A DNA stretch of 64,000 nucleotides from Octopus sinensis (GCF_006345805.1 NC_043010.1:34410001-34474000), one strand, 5' to 3'. Shown: positions 23,380 through 38,300, counted from the first letter of the stretch. Numbers and translations: made by a program. The notes: generated by a model from the letters alone, not told the origin.

Positions 23380-23840
23380 CTATGTGTATGTATATACATA
23401 CAAACATACGTATATGTGTATAAAGATTTTTTTTGTTTTATCTTAAGTGATCTATGATTGTACCTGACTGTTTATCTTTTCAATACAGTTTAGTTGTCTG
23501 AAAACCTGTTTTTTTTTTTTACCCCACCTAGTTAAGTTATTGATGACAAAAGATAGATAGATAGCTAGACAGATAGATAGAGAGAGAGAGATTTGAAAGA
23601 CATGAGCAAATTTAATTATCATCCTTGTATGCACTCGTTTTGATATTAAGCTACTAACCAAAGACTATCCTTGGGTACAGATACAGACACATACACACAT
23701 CCATGCACACAAACATGGATGTATAAAAGGCAAATGAAGGAAAAATTTTTGTAACAATAATAATAAATTTTGGTCGGCGGGTATATTTAATACCAGTATA
23801 TGACTGGTATATATTTAATCATCCATGGCAGGATATTTAC

Positions 23841-23886
<46 letters not shown>

Positions 23887-24019
23887 GCTGATGCTGATGG
23901 CTTCTTTATTTACCACAAGAGCAATAAAAATAGGCAAGGCAATATATTACAAGACAATTGAAATCAATAACTGTGTAATGAAAAAAATATGGTTTGAAAA
24001 CATATATATATACATATAA

Positions 24020-24690
24020 ATAATCCTTTCTACTATGTGTATATAAATAATAATGGTTGTTTCTAACATAGGCACAAGGTCAGAAATTTTGGGGAAGAAG
24101 AAAATCAATTCAATTGCCTCCCTCCTCCCAACGATGAAAGACTAAGTTGACCTCAGAATGTAAAAAGCTAGAACAAATGTTGAAAAGCATTTTGTTCAAA
24201 CTCTAATGATTTTGCTAACCCACCACTCTATACTAATAATAATAATAATAATAATAACAATAATAATAATAATAATAATAATAGTTACAAATTTTTAGTG
24301 GAAATAGTAGAATTTGTTATATCAACCCCAGTACTTGACTGGTACTTTATTGTATTGACAATGAAAGGATGAACAGGCAAAGTTGACCTTGGTAGGATAT
24401 GAAATCAAACAATAGTAGTTGTAATTATAATAATAATAATCATAATCATAATAATAATAATAATCATAATCCTTTCTACTGGAAGCACAAGGCTTCAAAT
24501 TTAGGGGAAGGGATTAAGTCGATTACATCAACCCCAGTGTGTAACTGGTACTAATTTTATCAACCCCAAAAGGATGAAAGGCAAAGTCGACCTTGGCGGA
24601 ATTTTGAAGTCAGAACGTAACGGCAGACGAAATACTACTAAGCATTTCACCTGGTGTGCTAACAATTCTGTCAGCTTGCCGCCTTAATAA
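24020..24690 (-). mobile_element. Cluster of three Nin/Deu-core-type SINE copies with (TTA)n tails
   Basis: Repeated core (reverse) gtcgac.ttgcctttcatcctttt.ggggttgataaaat.agtaccag. Further copies at 55640-55920, 59170-59395 and 61900-62105. The core assignment is from memory. Confidence 0.7.
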
Positions 24691-25103
24691 TAATAATAAT
24701 GATTTATTAATTAGGTGCAAGAATCCTTTGTCTTTTTTGCAGGAAGCTTGCAAGAAGTTAAGTAAGAGTCAGGGCCTTGTTGAAGGACAAGGCATAGAAT
24801 TATTTGATTGTAGTGATACCTAAGTTGTAAACATCAGTTTTTGAACCACTTAGCTCTTGCACATTATCAGTACAACAACAACAAACAATTGTAAAAATAA
24901 TAATGACAATAATTTCCTTATTAGAAATAGGTGTGTGTGTGATGATTTTTATGGTAAATATCCTTATAGCTACTGAAGAGTTGTGGGAGGAATAGGTGTT
25001 CTTCAAGCCATACTTCTGTGCACTTTTATTGTTCATTATTAGTAGCTTTACACCTATTGTATTGAAGTAGTAGTAGTTATAGTAACAGTAGTAGTAGTAG
25101 GGG

Positions 25104-25294
25104 CATGTCACAACAAGATATGACCAGGTATATGTCACAATGGAATATGACCAGGCACATGTCACAATTAGATATCACCAGTTACACATCACAATGAGAT
25201 ATGACCAGTCATGTGTCACACCGAGATATGACCAGGTACATGTCATAAGGACATATGACCATTTGCCATGTCACACTACAAAATATGACTGGTA
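25104..25294. repeat. 27-bp minisatellite, 7 diverged copies (consensus about catgtcacaatgagatatgaccaggta)
   Basis: Seven consecutive units can be aligned by eye. Confidence 0.85.
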
Positions 25295-26331
25295 TTATAT
25301 CAAAATGTGACTTGCTTTTTTTTTATTTAATTTTTTTCTCCATATTTTTTTCTGATTAATTTTATAATAATAAATAACTACTAAGTAAAAACACCACACC
25401 CATAATGAACCAAAGAAAGAAAATAAAAAAATAGAAATTTACCCCAATTCTTCCAAAAATGCAAATAAAGAGCTTAAAGAAAAAGGGTTATCTTCAAATT
25501 ATATATAATCATATATAACCTATATTCAACTAGTAACAACATTATTATTAAATTACAATATTTATATTGTCAATTATCATTATTAAACTACTTATATGTA
25601 CTCTAATCAAAACTATTATTATTATTGAAAGTAAAATTAGTAGTAGTAGTAGTAACAGTAGTAGTACTTTGCACAAGATTAGTTTCTACCTTGAATAGGC
25701 AGGAAGTATAGTTTATTGAATTAAACCTCTTGGTATATAACTGGTATAATTAATAAAATGACTTTGTGTTCTTCCACATTTTGAGAAATGTAAGAAGAAA
25801 AAAAAGTCAAATTATGGCAGGATTCGAACCTAGTGCATTGAAGATGGAAACTAAATACTGCAGGTCATTTAGTCCGGTGCGCTACATTTTTAGAACCTAT
25901 TCAGCTCCCCCTCCCCTCCCACCCTATTGCAGGATGTTTCCATTATTAATAGCATGATAAAGGAAGAATTAGGACTTCTCAAAGTTATGTATGAAAGCAA
26001 CGCTAGATTTGTTTGTGTATGTATGTATAGTTACTTGTGTATATATGTGTGTGTGTATTTTCATGTGGTTGGATGCGTAAGTTATCTTATACAGGCGGGA
26101 TTTTGTTAATCTATTAAGACATATATATATATGTGTGTATATATATGTGCGTGTATATATATATATATATATATACACACAGGTATATATGTATATATGC
26201 ATATATATATATACATATACATTTATATATATGTAATATATAATATATACATATATATATATGTATATATACATAAAAATCAAATTAAATTAAGAGACCG
26301 CAATAATATTCTTTTTTCTTCTTTTTCTTAC

Positions 26332-29300
26332 ACGTGTACCAGTTGATATATATGCTAGGTTAATTTTACTGATGCGGTGTATATTACTCAGTGATCGTCC
26401 CCTTCTGGTTGAGTCTGAATCATTCCTGTCTGAGAGCATCTCCTGTTCAGAAAGCCACAATAATTCTTTTACTGGTGACCTCCGGCAGCGTGACCTCGAT
26501 CGTGGATTGTTGAAGGAGTCAGCTGATAAATAGGGAGATGTTGGTGTACCTGCTCTCTTTGTTGGTGGTGTTGAGTTCGCACGAGGTAGTGGCAGTGGAG
26601 GTGCACTCGTATCCTCAGAAACAACGATTTTAGGCCGTGGAGGAATTTTGGTCTTTTGATGGCTACTGTTGTCACGAGATGATTTATTGGAGTGCAACCA
26701 CAGAGCCGTGTCTATCTCGCACGAACTCTCAGTTGCAGTAGACAACTGTGACAAATTATGGTGCTTCTTCTTTTTCCTCTGCCTCTTCTTTCGCTTTGTC
26801 AGTGGTGTGGTATCTGAGAAAGCTGCTTCCTCTTCAGTTAGATGATGTATCAATGGCAGGTATGTATGCTGCCTATAAGGGGATTCAATTTTTATTAGAC
26901 TGACTGGAATGTTCTTTGAGTCCCTTGAATGTTTGCTCTTCTGTTTCTTTTTAGACAACAGCGGCGAAGCTTTGCTAGAAGAGTTCCCTTTCTGAGATTT
27001 CTGTTTGGAATTTGGATTAGCTTCACCTACTTTCCGCATGGATTTCTCGGACAGGGAACTGTCCAAGACTTTCTTATTGGACTTGTTCTTTGAATCTGAA
27101 TTTGAAGATTCAGTTCTTTCCTTGAATGATCTTTTGTCCTCTGTTTCTTTGAGTTCAGGGATTGTAAGTGATGACTGCTTTAATTTCTTCTTTTTGTGTG
27201 TTGAGAGTTCTTCCAGTGAATCTGTTACTTGTTTGGTAATTGATGTCACTAAAGAAGATATTTTATCAACAACAGACTTAGCAACTTTTCCAGTTGATGA
27301 TTCCTCTTTCTCTTTATTTTCTTTGTTTGGACATTTTGAGTCAGTTTCAGATGGAATTTTTGAAATTGGAGGTGCTATTGACATATGTGTCGTTTTCTCT
27401 TCAACAGGTTCCAACTTCACTAATTTCTCAGTTTCAGCAATGAATTTCTTCTGAGAATGTTCACTGCTTGTTATGGATGAAGAATCTGTTGAGATGTTCT
27501 TAGATTCTTTGCTTGGACACAATTCACTGGAATTTTCCTTTGTAGAGACTTCTTTGTGTTTTGTCTTTTTCTTTGACAACTTTAATATACTAGAATTATT
27601 CTCATTAGTCTTTGAGTCCTCAGAGCTTTCTTCGTTTGACGTACTAGATTTCTTTTTCCGGATTGGAGAGTCTTCAAGAACAGCTTGGGCTTTCTTAGAA
27701 ATTGCTGAAGAAACTTTCGACAAAGTTTGGCTAACCTTGTTCTCTGTCTTGGAAACACCTTTCTTTATTTCTACTGTATTATTATCTTCCACTACAGAAA
27801 TCTTGGCTGATGTTTCAACTGAAGAACTTTCAGGAGGAACTGGAATGACTTTACCACTTTCAGAGAATTTTACTTGTGATGTCTTCTTTTGTTTCTTCTT
27901 CTTTTTTGTGTCCTCTGGTGTTGTCATAACCTGACTATATTTTAGTTCTTCACTATTGGAAAAGCTCTGATTACTAATTGTGAGATCTGGAGTTTCTGCC
28001 ACTTTTAATTCTGATGTCATTGCTGGTGAGTCAACATATAAAGGACCTGTTTTTGTTGCCTTACTGGGAGTAGATTGGAAATATTCTTCAATTCCTTTCG
28101 ATAATATTGATTTCTCATCATCACCATAAGGGAAAGGTGAACGCCTTTTCTTCTTGGTTTCCAAAGAAGTTATTTTTGTATTGGAAGTGCTAGAGTTTTC
28201 ATTGTCCTTGCTTACAATGTTTGTTTCATCAAGAATTTCAGACTGAACATTTTCATTTGATTCAGAAATATTAACAAAAGATTTCTTATCAGATTTCTCA
28301 GCCAGTCTGAAATCAGCATCTTTGAAATCCTCAGAAAATAACAGATGTTTGTCACTACCTGTTCCTTCTGGGGGAGAGCTGATGGATTTTGAAACATGCT
28401 TATCCAGCATTGGTTTTCTAGAAAGTTCAAGTTCTGAATCACTTTCATCTAAATCCTCCTTAACAATAGCTGATAAATGTGGTTTCTCTTGTGCAAAGGC
28501 CAAATTATTCCCATCTTCAGTTCTGGATAGTTGCTCTACTTTTGCTTGTTTATTTTCTTTCTGAGCAGTCTTGTGAATGTTCTCGACAATCATTTCTCCT
28601 TTAACATCTTCCAGCATACTAGCTTGATGAGTAGTCACATCAATTTCAGTTTCAGATGGGAGCAGACTGTACACACACTCATCTGTTCTTTCTTCATTGC
28701 TCTCCACAACAAACTCTTTCTGAAGTTCTTCCTCTGAAGATAACTGTCTGTCAGTTTTAGGATAGTCATCTTGAGATTTGGTAGCTTCTGAATCTTTCAA
28801 TTCTTTCACCAGTGGAATCTGACCATCTCCCTCCTGACTTTTGAAGGCTCCATCTTTACAAAGAGTGTCTGGTGTTTTTTCTTTAGAAAATGATTCTTTA
28901 TCTTTCTTGGAAGACTGGTTAGACTTCTTCTGTTCTGATGTTGTTTCATTTTCATCTTTTAAAGATGACTTCTTTTTCTTTTTCTTCTTTTTCTTTGGAT
29001 GGATGTCTTTCTCAGTCTCTTCTTCAGGAGAACATTTTGTGCACGTAACATCCGTAGGTTCATGTGTGGAAACATGATCTTTAATCTCGGGAGTTGCTTC
29101 CTTCACTTGATTCTCATTAGGGGCACCATCGATGTCTTTATCAATTATTGTTTCGGGGGAAGATTTGCTCTCTGCCGACTTCAAAGAAGTAGTGTCAGTG
29201 CAAGATGAAACAGTTTCTGCAAGTGCAGGAAGTATATGTTGGCTGACATCAGGATCACTTATCATAGGTTCTATAAAATCAGATGAATTGATTGAGTCAT

Positions 29301-32300
29301 CACCATAGCCATATAAATATGGGGATCGCCTTTTCTTTCGTTTCTTCTTTGGCTTTTCTTCCTCAGGTGCAATTATACTTACATTGCTTGCAGCCACAGT
29401 TGACTGAACAGGGAAGGTAGGACTAGCAGTAATGGTGGATTCTCCACATTTAACTTCTAACTGCTTTTGCTCCACTTCTGTAATATCTGTTTTCAGTTCT
29501 ATTTGCTCTGGAGATGATTTGCTAAATGTCTCTGATTCCATTTGAGCTGGACTACTGTCCTTTATCTCCATCTGAGTTGTACTTTCCTCTGTCTTTGACA
29601 GAGCTGTATCTTCCGTTGCCTTCAACAGGCATGTACTTTCCTTTATTTCCTGTTGATCTGGACTGTCCTCTGTTTTCAACAGACATGACCTATGCTCTAT
29701 TTCTAGCTGAGTTGCATTGTCCCATTCAGCAGTTAAATTAACATTGGATGACTCTGTAAATGTTTCCTGAACATCTGAAATCTCAACATGTTTAACAAGA
29801 TCCACATTTTTACTCTGCTCTTCCTTTTTCTCTGACTGGTCAACAGATGAATGTTCAATGACTCCTATGTCTGTTTGTTCTTTGAGAAGCTGGCAATAAG
29901 GCTCAGTGTCAGCTATATTCACAAAAGCTTCAGGTTGTTGGACAGAAGCCGAATCAAAGCCAACTTCTTCTGAATACTTAATGTTGAGTGTGTTGTCATT
30001 CAATGGTTCACTGGTAATTTCACTGACTTCGCATTCTATACTTGAGATCTCAGTTTCATGAGTAAGCATTTCTTTACATGGACTGACAACTAATTTATTT
30101 ACAACTTGCTCAATTTCTTCTATATTAGCATTTTCTTTGATGACACTTGGAGTAAATTCAGAGTCTAGTAATTCAGTTGAAGACTCCTGTTCAGTAATTG
30201 CATCGACAAAGTGAGCGTCATGTGACAAATGAGATTCTTCTGTTACTGAATTGATTTTATTCTGTGTTTTTAAAGTATCTTCAGATATTTCAAATTTGTC
30301 TTCAACTGCTAAGCTAGTTGGTGGTAATTCTTTCAAAGATTCTTCTATTTCTAGTTCAGCCAATGATTGTATTTCCATTTGGTTTTTAGTTACAGCACTG
30401 TCATTTTGATCCAATGAAGCTATATTTGGATCCATACCTGAAGAATCAAACTCAGATTCCTTGGATAATTCTGCTGTTGTTTCAACAAACTGCATCAGCA
30501 TTTCATTATCAAGAGCAAAGAATCTTGGTTTTTTCTTCTGTTTCTTTTTCTTTTTGTTCTTGATGCCAGTATTCTTTGTGTCAGCATCAGTCTCTTTCAA
30601 GAACTGGTCTTTCTCTGTACTGTAATCTCTACAGATGTCTGTCTCTTGTCTTTGATTTTCATCAAATGTTGCCAAATGTTTGTCTGAAAGAATAATTTTA
30701 TGTTCTTCTTGACTTCTTAGTTCTTCTGGGAATTCAGTCACAACATAACTTGATTCATTTCCAAAACATTCTTTATAAAATTGTTCCGATGATGGCTGAA
30801 TGTTTTCAAGAGGTTTTTGTTGCTCCAGCTCTGCCTCATTACTTGCTGGTGAAAACTTGCCAATATCTGTTTCTGAGAATTCAGCATTAAAAATGTCCTC
30901 TGGCTTTTTTGTTGATGTTTCTTCAGTAAAGTTAGATTTAACTTCATCAAAAGTAACTGGCATAATTTCCTCTTCAGAATGGTCTTTATCAGGCACTGAT
31001 TTCTCAGCCAAAGAATTTTCAGGAATACTTACGCTACTTTCTTCAAAAGAGCTAGCTGAGGTAAATTCAAATTCTTTTCCTACTGATTCCAAAACACTGA
31101 CATTATCTAACTCCTTAGCTTGTGGTTCACTCAATTCTTCATGTTGGGTGGCATTCAACTCGTTAGTTTCACACAATTCTCTATTTAATAACTTCATCTG
31201 GAAAATATCAACATCTGAACTTACAGTCTCTTTAGAAGTTTCGCAATCAGCCCCATCATGTAATGAGGAACTAGATTCAGCTAGACTGGTGTTAACTGGA
31301 AGACTGTAGCTCAATGGTTTATCAATCTGTTGACGCATAGTTCCAAAGAAAACTTCTTTTCTATCAACAAATTCTGAAACATCATCAGACATTTTGTCAT
31401 TAGGACCTTCTGTGTGATCTTCAACAATTTCTATAATGGAACTCTCCTCAGAGATTTCTTCTGTAGCTTGAGAACTGAGATATTCAGAATGTTCTGGAAA
31501 ATTGTCAACATGGACATGTTTCCCATCAGCCGAATCAGGAACAGTAGCAATAATCTCTTTAGATAGATTTGCTTCAGTTAATGCTGCTTTATCTGTCTCA
31601 CTTATAACATCTTCAGATTTCATACTAACATCATCAGACTGGGTTTGCAAGTTGGTCTCTTCTGATGAAATGTTTGCTGATGGAAGCTCAGTACATTTAT
31701 TGCTTACATCATTTTCTCCACCGAATTCCAGAATAAGATGTTGATTTGATGGATAATCCCCATCAGAATCAGATGAGGATGTTTCCTGAGAAGACTCTGA
31801 ATGATCTTCTGGTGATTTTGGTCGCTTTGAAACATAGTTCTGTGACAGTTCATTAGAAATCTCTGAACTATCAACTGAAAGCAGAGATGACAAGTCAATA
31901 GCGAGTTGTTCTGATGTTTGTGTGAGTTCTTGTGATTCCCTGCGAAGTTTTTCCATATCTGTTGAATCCAGCACATCAGTTGGCTTTTCAGTGTCATCAT
32001 CGATGATGTTGCTATCATTATCAGCTATTTCATGAGCATTTTCTGCCTTACTACTAATGATATCAGATGACAAGAGCATTTCAGAATAAGTAAGTAGCAT
32101 GGTTTTTTCAGGATCAGTAGATTTAGTTTGCCAATAAGGTTCTGCTTGAGATGGATAATTCATCAGACTGGGATAATTACTGGTACCATATCGGAATTCA
32201 TTTTCCTTGCTGAAAGAGTAACAATCAGTTTGGTAACCTGACTTTGAATATTGTGTAACAGATCCTTTTTGATTTACTTTCTGAAGCATATCTTGAATTT

Positions 32301-35300
32301 GTTCTTCAGTAAAGTATGACATTCTGTCATTCCTTCTTTCATCTGCTGTGAAGTCAATGACAATAGAATCTCTACGATCGTTGCCCTTATCACTTAGTTT
32401 CTCCTCATGAGTATTTTTTACAATGATAGTTGTCTCCTCTTCAACCGATTCTTTTCTTTTTGATTCAAAGTTGTCTGAAGTGGTTGTATGTTCAGAAGGA
32501 GATTTTGCTATTGTGCATAAAACTTCTTCAGGAGAGTTTGCTAATGTCACACTAGATTTTACAGTTTTCTTTGATGGTGAACTTTCATCAAGGAGATTTG
32601 TTTCCTTGGGTTCAGCAATATTCATGTTTACTTCAGTTGAGAAAGTTCCGTACCTCTTTGGTATGACAAATATGTTATGGTAGTTTTTCATGTCATAGTC
32701 AGGTACAAAGGTGTGCAATGTGCAACGGAAGCCTTCATATGAAGATGTTGATGAGCAATCAGATTCCATTGAGGATAAGCGTTTCAGCAGTTCACTGTGA
32801 GTTTCTATTGGAAATCCTGATTCACTAAGTCGGTGATGTTTCAATGCCATTTTGCATTCCTCATTATCCAATTGACTCTCTTCAACATCTTTACTCATTT
32901 CCTCCTCTGAAGACTCAGAATAATTAGGTACATTAATAAACAAGGCATTTGAATAATTACGATGTGGGGACTTTCTACGCCACCTCCGAGCAATTCTGTC
33001 TCCAGGAGACAGCTTTGATTTTGATCGTTTTGAACGTGATGTTAAACCATCCCTTTTAGCACTTGAGCGCTGATTTTGCGATTTAGTTGTATCAGAAACG
33101 CCAGTGTTTGGTAGTTGTAATTCCAGTGTGCTTGTAAACCTACAGTTTTCATTTTCCTTGGTTCTATTAATGGAACTTTCTGAACTATCTAGATGTTCAT
33201 CGCTGACATGGAGTTCTTCAGTAATTGGCAATTCAACCATCAGGACATTAGCAAAGATTTCTTCATTTTCATTGGCTGAAGACTTTGACAGAACTTCTGT
33301 TGATTGGTCTGTTTCTCGATGCTGATCTGTAGAGAGTTCAGAAAACTCACTGGACTTAAGATTGTCTACATGTTGATTATCTTGGTGTTTTATGTTTTTA
33401 TCACAAGTGGGTTCTATACTAGTGACAAATTTAGAGCTTTGAAGATTTCCCTGTGTATCAAGATTATCTTTGTCCTTGTTTTTTCCCATTTTTTCAATGA
33501 AGTACAGAGTCTCCAATTTCAGCATTAACTGTGTGTCTGGAATGTCTTCAGCATAGTTGGAGTAAAGTGAAGCAACATTTTGTAATTTCTGCTCCATTTG
33601 TTCAGTTACCTCAAGATTTACATATTTTGTTTCTGTTTCACTAGGTACAACTAATTCATCAGAGTAAGTTTCTTGGTTGTCCATCACTTCTGTGGATCCC
33701 ATGGTATCTTGAACTTCTGTAAGACTTGCATCCTGGGGAATGATGGCATTGATGTCTTTTGTTACTTTGCCTTCCATGTTTTCATTTGAGTGGACCATTC
33801 CTTGAATGATTTCTGTAATTTTTTGAGAGATTTTAGTTCCTTCAGCTTTGACATCTTGCTCAGAAAGGTTTGCCTTTTCTGTTCGTTTGGTTCCTTCTGA
33901 TGCCATAGCTACAATTTCACTGAGAAGCAAAGATATCTCTTCTTCTATTATATGTTTGCGCTGAAGAGCTTCTGCCTTTTCCTGTTCAACTTTATTTAAA
34001 GTTTTTGTAGTCTCATCTGTTGGTAAAACTAGAGTAATGGATTCATTCACTTCAGACTGAGTGTCATATGTGTATGGAATATCAACTTTCACATGTGGTT
34101 CATCTTCAAAAAATATATCCTTAGCATCAAGATATTCATCATCAGAGTTGGACATAAGTGGCGTATTTTCACTGTCAGACACGCATGTTGAACTCATGTA
34201 GCCAGGAGTTGCTGTGAACATTGTTCCAGTTGAACTCGCCCAAGAGTCAAGACTACCAGAGAAAAATTCAGGCTGGTCTCGATAACAATAGCTTTTATTT
34301 TGCTGAGATAGGTTATTAGCAATTTGTTCTCGCAGTTCCCAGTTAAAATCTTCTCTGTGATCAATGCTGTAATCAATATCTGATGCTGTTTCCTTGAGTT
34401 GCTCAAAAGACAGCGGAGAGGTGGATGTTTCTCTGGAAGATGGCTCACTGTGAAGACTACCTTTGGAGAAATCGTCCATCCTGGAATTGAGTCGAAGCTT
34501 AACACTTTCCACATCTTCCAGTGGATACTTTTCTATTTCTGCATATTCACTGTCTTTTTGATGGGAAGTAAAATACATATTCCAAACTTCATTATCATCA
34601 GTATTTACAGCTTTTGTAACTAAAGATTTTTTCCCCGCAAAACCATGGCTCAGTTGGGTTAAATGGCAGTCTTTGTCAGCTGAAAATTGTAAAGGTGGTG
34701 AATAATTCTCTTCATTTTCACTATCACTAATTGAATCATATTCAAGTATTTCATGATATTCTACTGAAGAGTCCCTAGGTACATTATCTTCACAGTCACT
34801 AACCTCTTCAAGAGCTGCATGTTTTATGCTATGTTCTTTTCCTCCAGATGTAGAAAACTCTTTGGTTTCCACATCACCAGATATTTGGTTTTCAGTACTG
34901 AGAATATCAGCATCTTCAAGAGGATCAGACACAGTATCTTGCCAAGATTCCAAGAAAGTCTGCACAGGTTCTTCCACTTTTGTTCTTACCTGAACTAAAG
35001 AGGGGTCTTTCTCTTCCCAATCATTATCCTCTTCAAGAGCTGAATATTGCAAGTTGTCATCTGATGGTTCGATTCTGATTGATGTTACATCATCACCAAC
35101 ACTCTCTCGAACAATAGTCTCAGAAGTAGATATACATTCCAATTTATTTGTAGCAATATCTTTAGTATCAACATCTTGGTGTTTGGTTTTTACATCATCA
35201 GATATTTGGTCTTCAGTACTGAGTATATCAGCATCTTCAAGAGGATCAGATGAAGTATCTTTCCAAGATTCCAAGAAAGTCTTTTCAGGTTCTTCCGCTT

Positions 35301-38300
35301 TTGTTCTTACCTGAACTAAAGTGGGATCTTTCTCTTCCCAATCATTATCCTCTTCAAGAGCTGAATATTCCAAGTCATCATCTTCTTTACCAGGTGTCAT
35401 AGGTGTATAAAACATTGACCAAACATCAGTTTCATCACTAGTTGTCTTAGCTTCAGTTGAATCTGTCACATCTTTATGGTGAGATGCAGATGGTAAATCC
35501 TTAGTACCTTCTATTATACCAAGTTCATTTTCAATGTCATCAACAGACACATAAATGTCATCACTAATGTCGCATTTGTCATTACATGGAACAGTTGAGG
35601 ACTTTGGGATGACTTCTATATATCTAGATTGTATCACATTGTCAGAATCCTCATCCTCTTCGAGAGCTGAATATTCCAAGTTATCATCTTCTCCACCAGG
35701 TGTCATAGGTGTATAAAACATCGACCAAACATCGGTTTCATCACCAGATGTCGTTGCTGTCTTCTCTTCAGAAGAGTCTGTAATATCTCTATGCTGAGAT
35801 GCAGAATGTAAGTCCTTAGTTCTTTCTATTACTCCAAGTTCATTTTCAATGTCATCAACAGACACATAAATGCTGTCACCAGTGTCCCATTCTTCCTTAC
35901 ACGGAACAGCTGAAGACTTTGGCGCAACTTCTATATGCCTAGATTGTATCACATTGTCAGAATCCTCAGTACTTAGAATATCAGCATCTTCAAGAGGATC
36001 AGAGACAGTATCTTTCCATGATTCCATGAAAGTCTGCACAGGTCCTTCAATTGGATGTTTTACTTGCACTAAAGTGTGACCTTTCTCTTGCCAGTCATTA
36101 TCCTCTTCAAGAGCTGAATATTCCAAGTCATAATCGGATGGTTCAATTCTGACTGATGTCACATCATCACCAACACTTTCTCGGACAATATTCTCAGATG
36201 TATTAGTATCAACATGTTGGTGTGTGGTTTTCACATCATCAGGTGTTTGTTCTTCAGTACTCAGAATATCAGCATCTTCAAGAGGATCTGACGCAGTGTC
36301 TTTCCAAGATTCTAAGAAAGTCTTTTCAGGTTCTTCCACTTTTGATCTTACCTGAACTAAAGTTGGATCCTTCTCCTTCCAGTCATTATCCTCTTCAAGA
36401 GCTGAATATTCCAAGTTGTAATCTGATGGTTCAATTCTGACTGATGTCACATCATCACCAACACTCTCTTGGACAATATTCTCAGAAGTAGGTATTGATT
36501 TAAATTTCTTCACATCAATACTTTTTGTACCAACATTTTGGTCTTTGGATTTTCCATCATCAGGTGTTTGTTCTTCAGTACTGAGAATATCAGCATCTTC
36601 AAGAGGATCTGACGCAGTGTCTTTCCAAGATTCTAAGAAAGTCTTTTCAGGTTCTTCCACTTTTGATCTTACCTGAACTAAAGTTGGATCCTTCTCCTTC
36701 CAGTCATTATCCTCTTCAAGAGCTGAATATTCCAAGTTGTAATCTGATGGTTCAATTCTGACTGATGTCACATCATCACCAACACTTTCTTGGACAATAT
36801 TCTCAGAAGTAGATATTGATTTCAATTTCTTCACATCAATACTTTTTGTACCAACATTTTGGTCTTTGGATTTTCCATCATCAGGTGTTTGGTCTTCAGT
36901 ACTGAGAATATCAGCATCTTCAAGAGGATCTGACACAGTATCTTTCCAAGATTCTAAGAAAGTCTTTTCAGGTTCTTCCCCTTTTGTTCTTACCTGAACT
37001 AAAGTTGGATCCTTCTCCTCCCAATCATTATCCTCTTCAAGAGCTGAATATTCCAAGTTGTCATCTGATGTTTCAAATTTTACTGATGTCACATCAACAT
37101 CAATTCTATCTCTGACGACAGTCTCAGAAGTAGATTTTGTAAAGTCAGGAATTTCATATTGTTTTTTAACTATATCCTTAGATTCAACACCTTGGTCTTT
37201 GGTTTTTCCATCATCAGATATTTGGTCTTCAGTACTTAGAATATCAGCATCTTCAAGAGGATCTGATGCAGTATCTTTCCAAGATTCTAGGAATGTTTGC
37301 ACAGGTTTTACGACTTCACTTCTTACCTGAACTAAAGTTGGATCTTTCTCTTCCCAATCATTATCCTCTTCAAGAGCTGAATATTGCAAGTTGTCATCTG
37401 ATGGTTCAATTCTGACTGATGTTACATCATCACCAACACTCTTGCGGACAATATTCTCAGAAGTAGATATACATTCTAATTTCTTCATAGTAATATCTTT
37501 TGTATCAATATTTTGGTGTTTGGTTTTTACATCACCAGATATTTGGTCTTCAGTATTGAGAATATCAGCATCTTCAAGAGGATCTGATACAGTATCTTTC
37601 CAAGATTCCAAGAAAGTTTCCACAGGTCCTTTCATTTCTGTTCTTACCTGAACTAAAGTGGGATCTTTCTCCTCCCAATCATTATCCTCTTCGAGAGCTG
37701 AATATTCCAAGTTATCATCTTCTTCACCAGGTGTCATAGGTGTATAAAACATCGACCAAACATCGGTTTCATCACCAGATGTCGTTGCTGTCTTCTCTTC
37801 AGAAGAGTCTGTAACATCTTTATGCTGAGATGCAGAACGTTGGTGTGTGGTTTTCACATCATCTGGTGTTTGCTCTTCAGTACTCAGAATATCAGCATCT
37901 TCAAGAGGATCTGACACAGTGTCTTTCCAAGATTCTAAGAAAGTCTTTGCAGGTTCTTCCACTTTTGTTCTTACCTGAACTAAAGTGGGATCTTTCTCCT
38001 TCCAGTCATTATCCTCTTCAAGAGCTGAATATTCCAAGTCGTAATCTGATGGTTCAATTCTGACTGATGTCACATCATCACCAACACTCTCTCGAACAAT
38101 ACTCTCAGAGGTAGATATACATTCCAATTTATTTGTAGCAATATTTTTTGTATCAAGACCTTGGTGCTTGGTTTTTCCATCATCAGGTGTTTGGTCTTCA
38201 GTACTGAGAATATCAGCATCTTCAAGAGGATCTGATGCAGTATCTTTCCAAGATTCCAGGAATGTCTGTATAGGTTCTTCTACTACACTTGTTACCTGAA

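Noticed and set aside
24800-25165. 121-aa minus ORF and small candidate exon ELSGSKTDVYNL
   Set aside because: Built largely from minisatellite and (TAC)n repeats, and the acceptor is weak. Cannot be supported without RNA data.
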